A DNA stretch of 64,000 nucleotides, taken from contig MNCI01001543.1 of the NCBI GenBank assembly GCA_015680685.1, forward strand, positions 186,001-250,000, written 5' to 3'. The position numbers and the translations under genes are program-made. This document shows positions 1 to 12,910 of the stretch, one piece after another. This DNA is from Gnetum montanum. Taxonomy: Eukaryota; Plantae; Gnetophyta. How positions within the stretch are numbered: the first letter of the stretch is position 1; every line of letters begins with the position of its first letter. The notes under the pieces are model-generated. The model was not told where the DNA came from. It saw nothing but the letters and a program-made list of their open reading frames with translations, and made no database searches.

Positions 1-379
1 CACATGCTTCTCCACCCTTAACCTAATTATCACTTGCTTCATCTATGTATGATGAGCTTCTAGCCTAGCTACAACAATGTAATGCTAGTAGGATTGTTAA
101 CTTACAATTGTCTTCTTAGCTAGTGGTTTAGAACCAAGGTCCTATAAAAAACCATTATTTCAAAATAATAGCCCTACTAAATCATCACCTACTTATGTGA
201 ATGGTCTCCCTATATCTCTTTCATCCTCTACATCCATTCCTCTCAAAAGCCCTTCAAACTAAATGCCTTCCAAGATCTACATAGTTATACTAACCCATGC
301 TATATCTAATTGAATTAAGGCTGGAAACCTTCCTAGGAAAAGAGCTAATTATAGAAGTCCTCTCATCTATTTGCAAATT

Positions 380-3300
380 AGTAGGAATGAGCCATGCAAG
401 GCTCTTCTTCATTCAGGTTCTAGATTTAATCTAATTTCTCACAAAATGTACAATGCTTTCCTCCTCTCAACAAGAGAAACATCTATTTAGAATTAGCAAA
501 TTAACCCATCATTGTTCCATTGGAACTAGTAGAAGATATTGTGACCACTATTTGTGGGTGGTCTTATCCTGGTGATTTCCTAATAATCAAAGTTGAGAAC
601 TACAAGGGGGATTTTCCAATTATTATGGAAAGGGCTTGGTTAGCACTATTGATGCAAAAATGGACATCAAAGTTCTTTTCCTAGAAATTTCTAAGGAAAA
701 TGTATTTGGAAAGATTAATAAGAAACAAGTTTCATGCTTTGCATACAATGATACCTGGTGCAACTACATGTAGAAACTATGGTCCATGAAAAGAGCATCC
801 ATTTCTGCATGCAGGTAGTGTGCAAATGAGGTAGATATTCAAAGGTGCCTATACATAGCAGCCACAAAATATGAGGGCATCCAGTGGTTGATATTTAATC
901 TTGAAAGTACCACACTTTGCATGGAACCTACTAAGAGCCTAACGTGTGCCTATGTTGAAGGCATGGATGAACTAGGGCAAGTTCATCACCAACTCTCTAA
1001 TGATGCAAATGATGATACCAATTAAGAAGATTTGGAAATCCTTAAAAATTATAAACAAGAGTCCTTAGAGTTAAAAGCTATACCTACTATCATGGAGTAC
1101 GTATTTTTGAAAAATGGCAAGTTGGTAATCATCAATGCTAATCTTGCTCCTAAAAAAAAATAGATGTTGTAAAGGGTCATTAATAAATGGCCAACAACNG
1201 AAAAAAAATAGATGTTGTAAAGGGTCATTAATAAATGGCCAACAACCTTTGCTTAGTCATATCCTGAATTCACAAGGATTGATCCTAGGATATACAAGCA
1301 TCATATCTACATTGATCCAACCATAAAGTTAAAGATGTAGCCATAGTAGAGGTTAAATCCTAAACTAAAACAAATTGTCAAAGAGGAAATTTAATAACTC
1401 CTCAAGGAGGGGTTTATCTATTCCATTCTAGATAGTGAGTGGATTAGCCCACTCATAATTGTGCCAAGGAAATGTGGTAAGTGGAAATTCTGCATTCACT
1501 TCTGGTTGCTAAATATAACAATATTCGAATATTACTTTCAATTACCATTTGTGAATCAAGCGTTGGACACTATATTTGGGCATTGCTATTAGAACTTTCT
1601 AAATGGTTATAGTGGCTATACCCAAATCTAGATTGCATCAAAGGATTAGGCCAAAACAACATTCATGAGTTCCTATGAGACTTTTGCATATCAAAATATG
1701 CCTTTTGGTTTGTACAATGCTCCTACAACATTCCAACGCTTGGTCTTGAGCATCTTTTAGCAACAAATTGGTTGCAGGGTGGAAGTCTTCATGGATGAAT
1801 TTAACACCTATGGTGCTATATTTAGGCAAGCCTTGGACCACCTTGAGTAGGCACTTAAAATATGTGTGAAGATGAATCTTTGGCTTAATTGGAAGAATAG
1901 ACATTTGATTATCCAAGAGGGCATTGTATTGAAGCATAGAATTTCTTATACAAGGATTAAGGTGGACCTTAAAAGGATAAGGGTCATCTAAGGAATAACT
2001 CATCAACCAAAAACCATTAAAGATGTCTAATCATTGCTTGGACACACTAACTACTACTAAAAGTTTATAGAGAATTTTTTTAACATCAAAAAATCATTGG
2101 TCAAGATTACAAAGAAAGATGCTTCATTCATCTGGACCAAGAAATGCAAAAATGCATTCTAGAGCCTCAAGTAAAATATCATAAAGACTCTAATTATACA
2201 AGCACCTGAATATTTTCATATAATGAAAAATGCATCAAATTATGTCTTGGGAGATATGCTTATGCAATTGGATAACAAGAAATGTCCATATTACATCCAC
2301 CATGCAAGTCGAAGCATTGTGGATGCATAGCTCAATTACATCACAATGGAAAAAGGATTAATGTCAATGGTGTATGATCTAGAGAAGTTTAGCAACAATG
2401 TGCTTGGATACAAAGTGTTTGTTCACCCTAAACATAGTGCCATTTACTTCCTCATGAACAAGCCAACAATGAGCCCTTGTGTCATACGGTGGCTAGTGAT
2501 CTTGTAGGAGTTTGATCTTATAATGGTAGATCAAAAGGGAACTGAGAATGTGATCATTGATCACTTGTCTTGGTTATGATGGGATGAAAAAGAGGAGGAG
2601 AGCATACTCTCTAACAAATTTCCTAATAAACTCCTCTTTACTGGTGCAATAAATGAAAAACTAAGTGATGAATCAAAATAGTATGATGACATCCTCACTT
2701 ATCTTCTCACTTAGGAGATGCCATAAGATCTAGACCATAGGAAGAACTAGAAATTTCTTCATCAAGCCAAGTGTTTCATGGAAATAAATAGACACCTTTA
2801 CAAGGTGTGCACTTATGACCTAGTTCATTGGTGTGTACTTGATGCTGATCAACTATGCATTTTCTAAGATGCTCATGAGGGTTCTTCTGGGGGCCACTAT
2901 GCTAGGAGATGCATGGCCATTAAGATCCTGATGGTAGGGTATTATTGGCCAACCATCGTTAGGGATGCCCACCAATTTGTATGATCTTGTGAAGATTGCC
3001 AATGATATGATAGGATGACCACACAAATGGAGAAACCTCAACAACACAATTTATATGTACTACCTTTCACAATCTTATGCAATTCTTAGGCATTGAACAT
3101 AAACTAACAACACCCTACCATCCCTAAGCCAAAAATCAAGTAGAAGTTCCTAACAAGAACTATTAGCAAATATAGGAGAGACTAAAGCACAAAACTTAAA
3201 GATGCCCTCTAGGCATACCACTCAACATGGAAACTTCCTATAGGCTACTCTCCCTATGAGCTGTTGTATGAAAAATTACCAGCTCTACCTATCCAATCTA

Positions 3301-3660
3301 AACTCTACATACTTTCAATAGTTTGCGACTTGGACCTTGACCTTAGCCTAGCACAAAAAGAAAGATTAATCAACTTTAATGTGCTAGATGAAAATTGATT
3401 AGTATTCCTATCCTTGAATGAAGTGCACAACAAAGTCAACAAAAAGTGCCATGACCTGAGGATTAGAAAAGTGAAATTTCAACTTGAAAATAACATCCTC
3501 TACTAGAACTCCACACATGTACCTCAATGAACTAAGTTCCAAACATTATATAAGGGACCTTATATTATCTATTAAACCTTTTCTTTTTGGTCCATCTTGA
3601 TCTACAAACCTGAGAGCCTAAACAAAAAGCAACTAGTTAACACATACCAAATTCAACTTT
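380..3660 (+). pseudogene. pol: Element A pol remnant (protease, RT, RNase H, integrase)
   Basis: Manual translation: KALLHSGSRFNLIS (~400, protease); DSEWISPLIIVPRK, FLNGYSGYTQI, MPFGLYNAPTTFQR, VFMDEF (1430-1800, RT); NASNYVLG..NYITMEK (RH); HEGSSGGHY..GYYWP and TPYHP (INT). Many stops and frameshifts. Confidence 0.9.
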
Positions 3661-6600
3661 TCCATTAGCCCAAGCAAGCTAGTGGAATCAATGCCTCAAT
3701 AGATGGATGATCATGCTCAATCTTTTGGATCTTCTCCTTATAGCTTAGCCATGATGGAGATGGACATCAATGCTAATCATTTAAAGTGGTTCCTTAGTTT
3801 TTCTAGTTTTTTGTTTTACACTTTCTTGTTATATACCTTTTCTATTTTACACTTTGTTATTTTTCCAAACCTTTTATTTTACAACATCATTAGTATGTTT
3901 TATTTTTCTTGAATATTTTATAATTTCTTTTATATTTTCCATTATTTTAATGTGAATTTTCATTCTTTTCTAATAAAATTACTTTATTACCAATAGGACA
4001 TAGCGATGTTGTCACTATTTGCTAATGGTGGTTTGTACTTAATGTTTTTGATTACTTATGTATGATTTCTATTTTTGAATTTTGATGATTGATAACTTAG
4101 GAAAAGATTCCTTTTTATGGAGCAAGCAATGAGTCCACATTATCTACCCATCCACAAACTCTATGATTTTCCTTGTTTTGAAAACATGAGATCCCTTTTC
4201 ATTAACAAAACCTTAACGAATTTGTGACCTTGGTAGTTTTTAGACTTGGAAAGGATTCAAAGGTTTGAAAAGGGTGTGACTTAAAGGGGATTCAAATCTC
4301 TTTGTACCTTCCACAATCTTGAGTGCAAGTGTGTTTTTCATGAATTTCTTACCATTCCATGTCAAACAATAATAGGAAATTGAATAAGAATTTGCATGGT
4401 GTTGTTCCAATCCAGAAATTCCAAGAAAAAAAAATATGATGGGATTTCAAAACACACCCCTTAGAAAAATAAATGGGCTACAAGCAGTAGTTATGGGACT
4501 AGAAAGACATTTTACCCATGCCTAAAGGTCCCCTCTAACTAAGGCCCTTTCTCACCTCATGCTTCTCTTTTCTTCTTAAATAAGAAATTGTGGTTGTATG
4601 TGGGAGCATTCTTGTGTTTCAAGGAGGTGGATTGGTCCTAGAGTGGTAATGCAATGTTACTGAAAGTGGTTGGTTTTGTTCTAGACTAAGGTTGGACTCT
4701 ATCAAGTGATTTAACCACACATTCCACAACAAACTTAATGTGACCAGGACTAGGAACTCCATTCCACTATCTCCATCATCCATCAATGCTTTCATAGCTC
4801 ACCTCACTACTGATTGTCCATGTTTTCATCCAATGTCTTAGTTTGATGTGTCAAAATTCCTAAATAGATTCTCTGGGTTTGGTCCTTAACTTTTTGTAAC
4901 CATTAATCAACTATGGGACCCACGAACTCCTTAGTTGAGGTTATGCAAGGAAAAAAAGGGCATGTGCCGCTATGGGGAGAACCCACTTGCATATCTCATG
5001 ATTTGGTTGTTAAGTTCCTTACCTTTAGATGTTTTTGTAATCAAATATTTTGTGTGCCCCATCATGCATCCAACTATGCATTCCTTAAGGCATTTTTCTT
5101 CATCAAATATCATTTTCAAATCATTTCTCAATTTTATAAACTTTAAAATCCTCTTCTAATATTTTCATCATTTATGGATTTTTGGGCTTTCAATTGATCC
5201 TCATTTCACATGAAAACTCATTATTTGTTTTTTGACAAAGTCAATGGAGGTCAACAATGATGTCGACTAGGCTTAGTCAATGCAACCAGATGCATCAACT
5301 TGGCCCTTTTGACTAGGTCCAGTCAACACAACGCAAAAATTCTACAAATACCACCCAACATTTTTAAATTATTTTTCAATTTCTTCAAAATGAGAGGGTA
5401 CTTTTTGAAATTTTTTAGAGTCCAAAACCTTCCAAAAACCCATAACTTTCAGACTATTTGTCCAAATCACTCCATTCTTCAATCCTATAGCTACTGGAGG
5501 TAAGCTCTTACTTGTGGAGGCCACAAACCTTAATGTTTCTAAGAAAAAGTTTTCAAAATTTTTCTAACTCCCCAAAAGGGTTAATTAATAGAATAACATT
5601 AAACCATCAATTTTTGAGAGTTTAACCCTTCCAACAATCTCTAGTAAACCTAGCATTATTTATTAATATTAAAATAAGAATAAAATAACGATTGAAATGA
5701 TCAAATTGATCATGATCATAACTTAGCTAGGTGTAACTTTCCCAAAGAGATAAGGCATCCTAATTATTCCAAGTTATACATTAAATGCTAACCCTTGGTC
5801 ATGTTGTGATCACAAATGGCACCAAGACCAAAATGGCCATAGGAAGGGGAACCATCTCAACAAAGGGACAAATGATTCAAAGCTAGAAGAAAATAGTAGG
5901 AATAAGCCCAAGAGTAGGTTGTAGAAACTCATGTAATGGGACCTCTTCGGGAGGAACCCAAAGTGACATTTGTTGAATAGATTCCGAAAGAAGAGGCTGC
6001 AATAGAAAAATCTCAAAGAAGAGAGGCACCAATGCCCATACCAATACTTGAGATCACATTGACACAAGCTTTCCTTCATACAATCAAGCCTCATGATGTC
6101 CAATGCTCAATTCTCCAAGAACTAAACTTTGGACCTGAAACACCCAAAAATTTACATGTTATAGTCAATATTCACCATGAAGCTTTTACTCCATGAAACC
6201 TGAGGAAAAACTTCATTATAAATGTAGAAATTGTAATCCACAATGGGAAATTTCACATAGTTTATACTTTTGGGGCTGAAAATAGTTTATAATTTTGGGG
6301 GGCTGAAAATGCCTCATAAGTGGTCAAAGCCTCATTCCCCAAGTGAAAAAAGTCATCTAGTGTCTATATTTAGGTTTGGGAGAGTTAAAAACAACTTTTG
6401 GAATGCCAAAAAAGGTAATTTGATGGGTTTTATGAGGGATATACATTTTTCTACCATGGAAACACATGTAGGGGGTTAGATCTCACCTATTCCAAATGTG
6501 AAAAGATGGAGGTTTTGGAAACTTTCCCCCTTCAACATGGAGACCACATGCATAGCTTGGAAACTTTTTCCCCTCAATGTGGAAGTTTCTCCCCAGCCTA

Positions 6601-7699
6601 GAAACTTTCCCTTCTTAGCATGAAATGTTTTCCCACCCAATCATGGAGGCTTTGTTCCCAGTGTAGAAAATTAAATTCTGCAATGTGGAAGCCACAAAAG
6701 AAAAAATTCATCACTTAATGCACTTCAATGTTGACTAGCCACTTCAACAAGCATAGTGGAGAGCTCAACATGAAAGATTCATCTCTAGTGTTAAAGGTGT
6801 GCCTTGGTTACTATTTATAGTAAATAGAATGGCCATGGGGGGAAGCACTTACTATGTACGGTAACCTCCCAAATTTGGGCATCCATCTCACCTAAAATTT
6901 AAACAAATTTTCAGCCATTTCATAGCCAATTTTCAGTCATTTTTTCAACCAAATAATGGCCACTTTATAGCTCCATTCATGGCCCAAAGATCCTATAAAA
7001 TTCAACCTCAAACATCATTTATAGGTTTTAGAATTTTCAGCAAGTTCACCAAATTTTGACATACAAGCACTTTGGCAATTCAAAAGTTTTGAGCAAGGGC
7101 AAAATTAATAAGTAATTGATAGACACCCAATTTTTTCACAATTCCACACTTGGTGCATTTTCTAGCTTTCAAGAGCTCTTGTAAGTTCCCATGCTTGCAT
7201 TCTCTTGAACCTGAGCATGGAAGCATTATAGCATTAAGTCACATAACTTGAAAATATGAGGTCATAGAAGTGAAGGAAGGTTCGATAGCATTAGGAGTGG
7301 CTTAGCACTTGGATCATAGAGAAAATCACATTGGCTTCAATGGGCTTTGAAATCTTGCATAAGTGAACCCTCTTTTTACTCATCTAGGCACCATTTGTAC
7401 ACATTTCTCTATCTTATTCTTTATTCATTCTCAATAAATTTTTAAGTTTTGAGTTTTGTGTTTAGAAAATAAATTTTATTTTCTATTCATTATTGAAATC
7501 TATTTATATTCCCATGTTTCGCATCTCATAAGTCCCTAGTTGATCTTCTGAACTAACTAGGCCCTCAAATTCCATTTCTCTCATGGAGGCCCTAGGGATT
7601 TAGGGTTGCAGAAGTGTTACACCAAGGATCCTTGGTTTTATTTTAGTGATTGTGGTTTTCAATTGCAATAGGGCCATTCTTAGAAAATGTTCTAGTAGA

Positions 7700-10215
7700 A
7701 GTCAAGACATGGTTAAAAACTCTTCCATGTGGCCAATCATCACTTCTAGTGGGGAGTGGTACATGGGAGAGATATATCTCTTATGCAATAAACAAAAGGT
7801 AGGAGCCACTGTGAGAATCAAGAATATTCAAGTATCCTACTTAGAAAAGCTATGGCATAGGTTCTTGGTCTACCTGATTCTAGAACCCATCTAACATAGA
7901 TCTCCATGCATGTAGACCTAGAGGCAAAAAGAAAGTGGACCTAGTAGTGTTATGGGGTTGATCATAATGAGTTTTGTGTCCTCACACTGATGGATCACAT
8001 ATACTCCAAGATAGTGGCTTATCATCTCAATTTGATAGTCAGGCCTAGCAAGGTGACTACTTTCTCTACCCATACATGTGGCACTTTGAGTAGAAAATTC
8101 CCTGTAAACCTTCCATAGTTAATCTATCTAGAGATGGATAAGTGCTTCAAGGAAAATGAATGTGGAAGAAAAACCTTGCCCTTTCTATGCCTTATTAGGA
8201 AACTCTGTATAAGGCAAGGATAGTCTGTTATGTAAATGACACAATCAAGCATACTCCCATTGCCTCTTGATCTGAAATGAAAAAAGGAAAGAGCCTTACT
8301 AAGTCCAAAGAAGAAGAGTAGCAACTGCCACCTCCACCACCCATTAAGGAAAAAACACAAAAGGCCCACATAGCCATTGAGTTCCTACACAAAATCTAAG
8401 AGTAAATCTTGCATGAGTAGGAGCAACAAGTAGGAACAACTGGTGGGGATCCATCTGTATACCATCCTACAATGACTCACCTCAACAAAGTAGCTTACAC
8501 AATTACTCAAATGGAGGGAGGTGGACCAATATTCTTAGCCCAAAGAACCTAGCTTACCCATGAGTTTAAATCTTAGTGCTCAAGAGGTAACAGTGTCTCT
8601 CTCACAAGAATAGCAATTCATAGAAATCTTTGGAAATGCCACTAGTTTTTCAATGCACTTGGAGGAGATTGAGGGGGTAACTATCTCGGTGATGTAGCAC
8701 CAAGGGTAGGAGACCATAGGAAAAGTGGTTGCTAATCAGATTGTCAAAGTACTAAATGCACTTAAGGTGTCTATACCATATGTTTCTAGACTCAGAGATG
8801 TGCAAACATCCATAGGAACTATTAGTAGTTGATTAAGTGTAGCCCAGCATGAGGAGTTTCTAGAAAGATTAGTGAAAAGTGGGCAACCAACTCCAAATAT
8901 CTTTGATTTTCTAGCTAACATCACCACAACCCAGTTGGAGCTACTTGAAGCAAAGGGCAAATGCATCATTCTGGAAGGGTAACTTAAAACAACTCAAGAG
9001 CAAAATAAATACTTGGCCACAGAGGTTACTGAATTAAGATCATGCCTTGTTGATCCCATTCTTCTTAACCCTACACTAACAAGAGATGAATCTTTTCAAA
9101 AACTTCAAGATAGACTTAAACAATTTGAAGTCGGGATGGTGACGATCGTCTTTTACTAGTTTGTGGCTGAGGCCAAAACATATTTAGTTTAGAAGGACTT
9201 GTTCTAGACACACTAATAGAATGAGATGGTAACCATAGAGAATTATCACCTATGGAATGTTAATGTGTAGAAACAAAAAATGCAAGAATTCATCCATCAA
9301 TAGTAGAAGTATCTAGCCAAGATGACCACTGAGCTTAGGACATTCACAACAGAGAATAGAAATCTCTCTATTGATAAAGTCCATGCCTTACACCAAAAAT
9401 TTGCAATTGAGATTGCTTCCTAGAATAATGAGGCTTTCAAATTTAAGAGAGTTAAGAACCACTATAGAAATCAAGTTGGCCTATAGAAAGAAGATAATGA
9501 GAAACACATCTAGATGTCTAAGGTAAAAGTTAATGAAACTGTCTAGCAAATCTAGTAAGGAAAAGTGATATGGCAACCTCTCATTAATGGGATAGATTCC
9601 TACAAAAAATTGGAGATATACATAAAGAAGTTGCAAATCGAAGAGATGACAGAATACATGGAGCTCACAAATCTCTGATATGAAAACCTAGCAATGCTGA
9701 CTACTAAACAACCATAGTCAGAGTTAGAGAAAGAAGTGGCCAACTCGTACTTGCTATACAAGGCATAGTTTAAGAACCACAAGTAAAGTAAGCAAAATAT
9801 TTATATTTCAAATATTGAACTAAAAATTCTCAAGGCAAGATTCGCTAATCAAAGATCAACTACTAAGAAATTGTCTAGAAGAATGAATGACTATCAAGAA
9901 TTGCAAAATTCAATTAAGGAATTTGAGATCAAATGTAAACAATTTGCTACCTAGTTCCTTAATATTAAGGCGTTGTTGCCAACAATGCCTTATCATTGGG
10001 ATGTGCCAATTCCAACCCACATTGGTGAAGCTATGTGGACCATGCATGATCCTAGGAGTAAGGAAGAGAAGATGAAAGCATTGTTGGATGTTTTTTATCT
10101 TCCACCAAAACTTGCAACTGTAGTAGGACAACTACAATAGCCTCAACTACCACGTGTGCTTGAAGCAAGAGAATGTCCTTCAGAACCTTAGGAGCCTCCA
10201 CTACCTAGGACCATT
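7700..10215 (+). pseudogene. Element A additional 3' ORF remnant (E/K/Q-rich, coiled-coil-like; Athila 'env-like' position)
   Basis: Purine-rich, codon-like tract between INT and PPT, e.g. EEMTEYMELTNL..SELEKEVANSY..IELKILKARFAN. Stops are mostly TAG/TAA. Boundaries approximate. Confidence 0.5.
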
Positions 10216-10449
10216 TAATCTTGTTCATCATCCTTACATCATCAAAAGGATTATGTTTGTAAAATTTTATCCCGATGTTCAATTTTGTAGTCTTGAACAC
10301 CAATATTTCTTGTAATGATTATATATCTATACACTCAAGCACTTAGTATTTGTTTGTATTTATTATATGTCTATCATCAGTCAATAATTCCATACCTTCC
10401 CAAACTTGTAAAGAACTTGAGGACAAGTTTTCATTCAGTCATGGGGGTA

Positions 10450-11280
10450 TGATGAATCATAAGTTGGGTGCATTGACTAGGCCACATTGACTAGGCCCTA
10501 TCGATGCATGATTTGATACATTGATGCATGATTTGATACATTGATGTGGCCCTGTCAACATTGTGTTTGTTTTTTCTTATAAATATGCTCTCATCCACTA
10601 TATTTATGAAAATTCTTATCATATTGTAGTAGCATAAGTCATTGAATGTATAGATCTTTATTCGAGGACTACTATACTTAAGCATGGTAGTGTGTGTGGT
10701 GATAAACCCAAGCTTTCTAATAAACCTTGTAGCACTTTAGCTAGATTAAATATTTTCTCATGAATTTAATGTTTTCAATAATTTTGTTTAATGCTTTTAA
10801 GTAATTAAGCTAAATTAAGTTAGATTAAATAGAAATTAATTAAGCACATGAGTACAATTTCTTTGAGCATGCATATGATTCTTAGTAATCTTAGTAATGC
10901 TTAATGTTTGGTAACCTAGTAGTGTTATACATATTCAAGGTGTGTATGGAAAGAGGGAATGAATGCTTATGTTAGGATTAGTTAGGTGTAGTTACTTAAA
11001 TTAAAAGAGCAATTAAATTACTTCATTCTTTTCATCCTTTATTTTAAGCACCCAAAACATAAAACATGAAAATAATAAAAATCATATGGCTTAGTTGCAC
11101 TTAACCATACCTTTGCATATCACAAGTGTAATTGGGAAGACAAAAAATGACTGTTAGGGCTAGTTTCACTTCCTAGAGGCTAGTGTATTAGAATACGAAG
11201 GGTACATAGAATTTGACTAGATCACACATGAATGCTTAGTGATTCATATAGTTCAATGTAGGGTTACTCACTACTCATTA
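10450..11280 (+). repeat. Element A 3' LTR (~831 bp)
   Basis: Starts TGATGAATCAT after a PPT-like GGGGGTA and ends CTACTCATTA. The last ~70 bp align with the terminus of the element D LTRs (reverse complement of 18674-18745). Confidence 0.8.
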
Positions 11281-12317
11281 GAAGCAAAGACACACAATTA
11301 TTTCTTATGCTCTCCAACACTTCTATTAATCCATGGCTAGACTTTAAGAGAGACTTCTTACTCCACTTTAATAAATTCACTAATCCCACCTTAATCTCAA
11401 AAAACATTACGAGTCTACAAAAAGTACTTGGAGAAAATATTCATAACTATAATTTAAGATTTATTCATTAATTATCCATGTGATGGTATTCTCAACTATT
11501 ACCTCTTCACTATTGATTCATTTTTTCCCTATACCATCAAATCTTATCATAACATCATGGAATTGCAAGGACCATTGGCTAAAGCTATTAAACTAGAATA
11601 AATTATCTAAATGAACTACCTTCAAACATAATTTGAGATTATCTAAATGGAAATTAATCAAAATATTTAATTCAATTCATCATAAGTCTAGAAGAAATGT
11701 CAAATCCTATTGGATAGATTCATCAAATAGAGAACTAGAAAAACCAAATCATCCGAATATTAACTTTACTTCAAAAGATTTCAAATGAAGTAGTTGAACT
11801 AAAGAAAAATAATAACAAGATTACTATATAAACTAAAAAACTAAGCATATCAATTAATAATGATTATTGTTGCCTTCAAAATACTAGAAAACATTTGGAG
11901 AAAATCTACCGACAATTCTTAGCTCTATATGGTGATACTTCCAAAAACCAATAAAATAACAAGGCTTCAATTATGGCTCTTAATATTCCTCATGAAAAGG
12001 GTAATGAAGAAGCTGATTCATGTGAATAAGTGATGGTAATAAATTCCAACACACACAATATTCGCTATCATAAACTTAGTGACATTGTAAATGCTACTCA
12101 ATAATGAACTAGGAATAACACTTATACCCCTCTCAATAAAAGAGTTTGTAGTGAAAATAACATAAATAATCAAATAGGAACATCTCAAATAAATATTCAA
12201 CAACAATCAAACCAAAATTCTATACTTAGAAGAAACCCACATCAACATAAAATTAAATATGAACATAAATCTAATAACTTAGTTGAAGATTTAAAAAGCG
12301 TTAAAGCCCAAATTTTA

Positions 12318-12900
12318 ATGTATGATATCCTACATTTTAATGAAATGAATGATGTGATCCAAAATATGGTTAATACACCTAAAATTGATAAAGAAAAATC
12401 TCCAATAACTAAAAAAAAGCTTCATTTTGTAGAGAGTTCTAATGCTTTATTAATACAAAATTCAAGAAATTTAATGTTAACGAAGAAAGATCAACCTCCT
12501 TTTCTAATAACCTTAATTATTTTAGGTAAAAAAATTGATAACTATTTGATGGATTCTAGTGCAATAGTTACTGTCATGCCATTAGAAGTTTGTAAAATTT
12601 TAGAAGCTCAAATGCCCCCCAAACAAGAAGTATCATCCAACTTGATGGATCCAATGTACCTTTGGAGGGATCCTTACAAGTAAATGTGCAACTAAAGTAA
12701 TATCCTAGTTTTATATGCTACACTAACATTTTAGTTGTATATATACAACAAACCTATGATATTCTCTTATCTTAAGGTTTTGAAGCCTATTTTGAAGGTT
12801 TCTTTAAAAAAATTTCAGAATTACTAATTCCAATTAAAGGAAAATTTGAGTTATCACTTCTAGAAAACCTTTCTATAAACATATGGTAATAAATTTTAAT
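12318..12900 (+). pseudogene. Element B aspartic protease remnant
   Basis: ORF 12318-12683 contains QPPFLITLIILGKKIDNYLMDSSAIVTVMPLEVC, a gypsy protease D(S/T)G-type motif. Confidence 0.8.
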
Positions 12901-12910
12901 CAACAAAATC

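Larger units (their letters stand above)
1..11280 (+). mobile_element. Element A: Athila-like Ty3/gypsy LTR retrotransposon, 5' end outside window, decayed
   Basis: PROT-RT-RH-INT remnants with no aRH, a long 3' region with an extra ORF, an Athila-type pre-LTR motif GAGGACAAGTTTTCATTCAGTCATGGGGGTA, then an LTR starting TGATG. Confidence 0.85.

Noticed and set aside
1153-1246. ~45-bp tandem duplication around an N
   Set aside because: Identical copies flanking an ambiguous base: a likely assembly or gap-closing artefact
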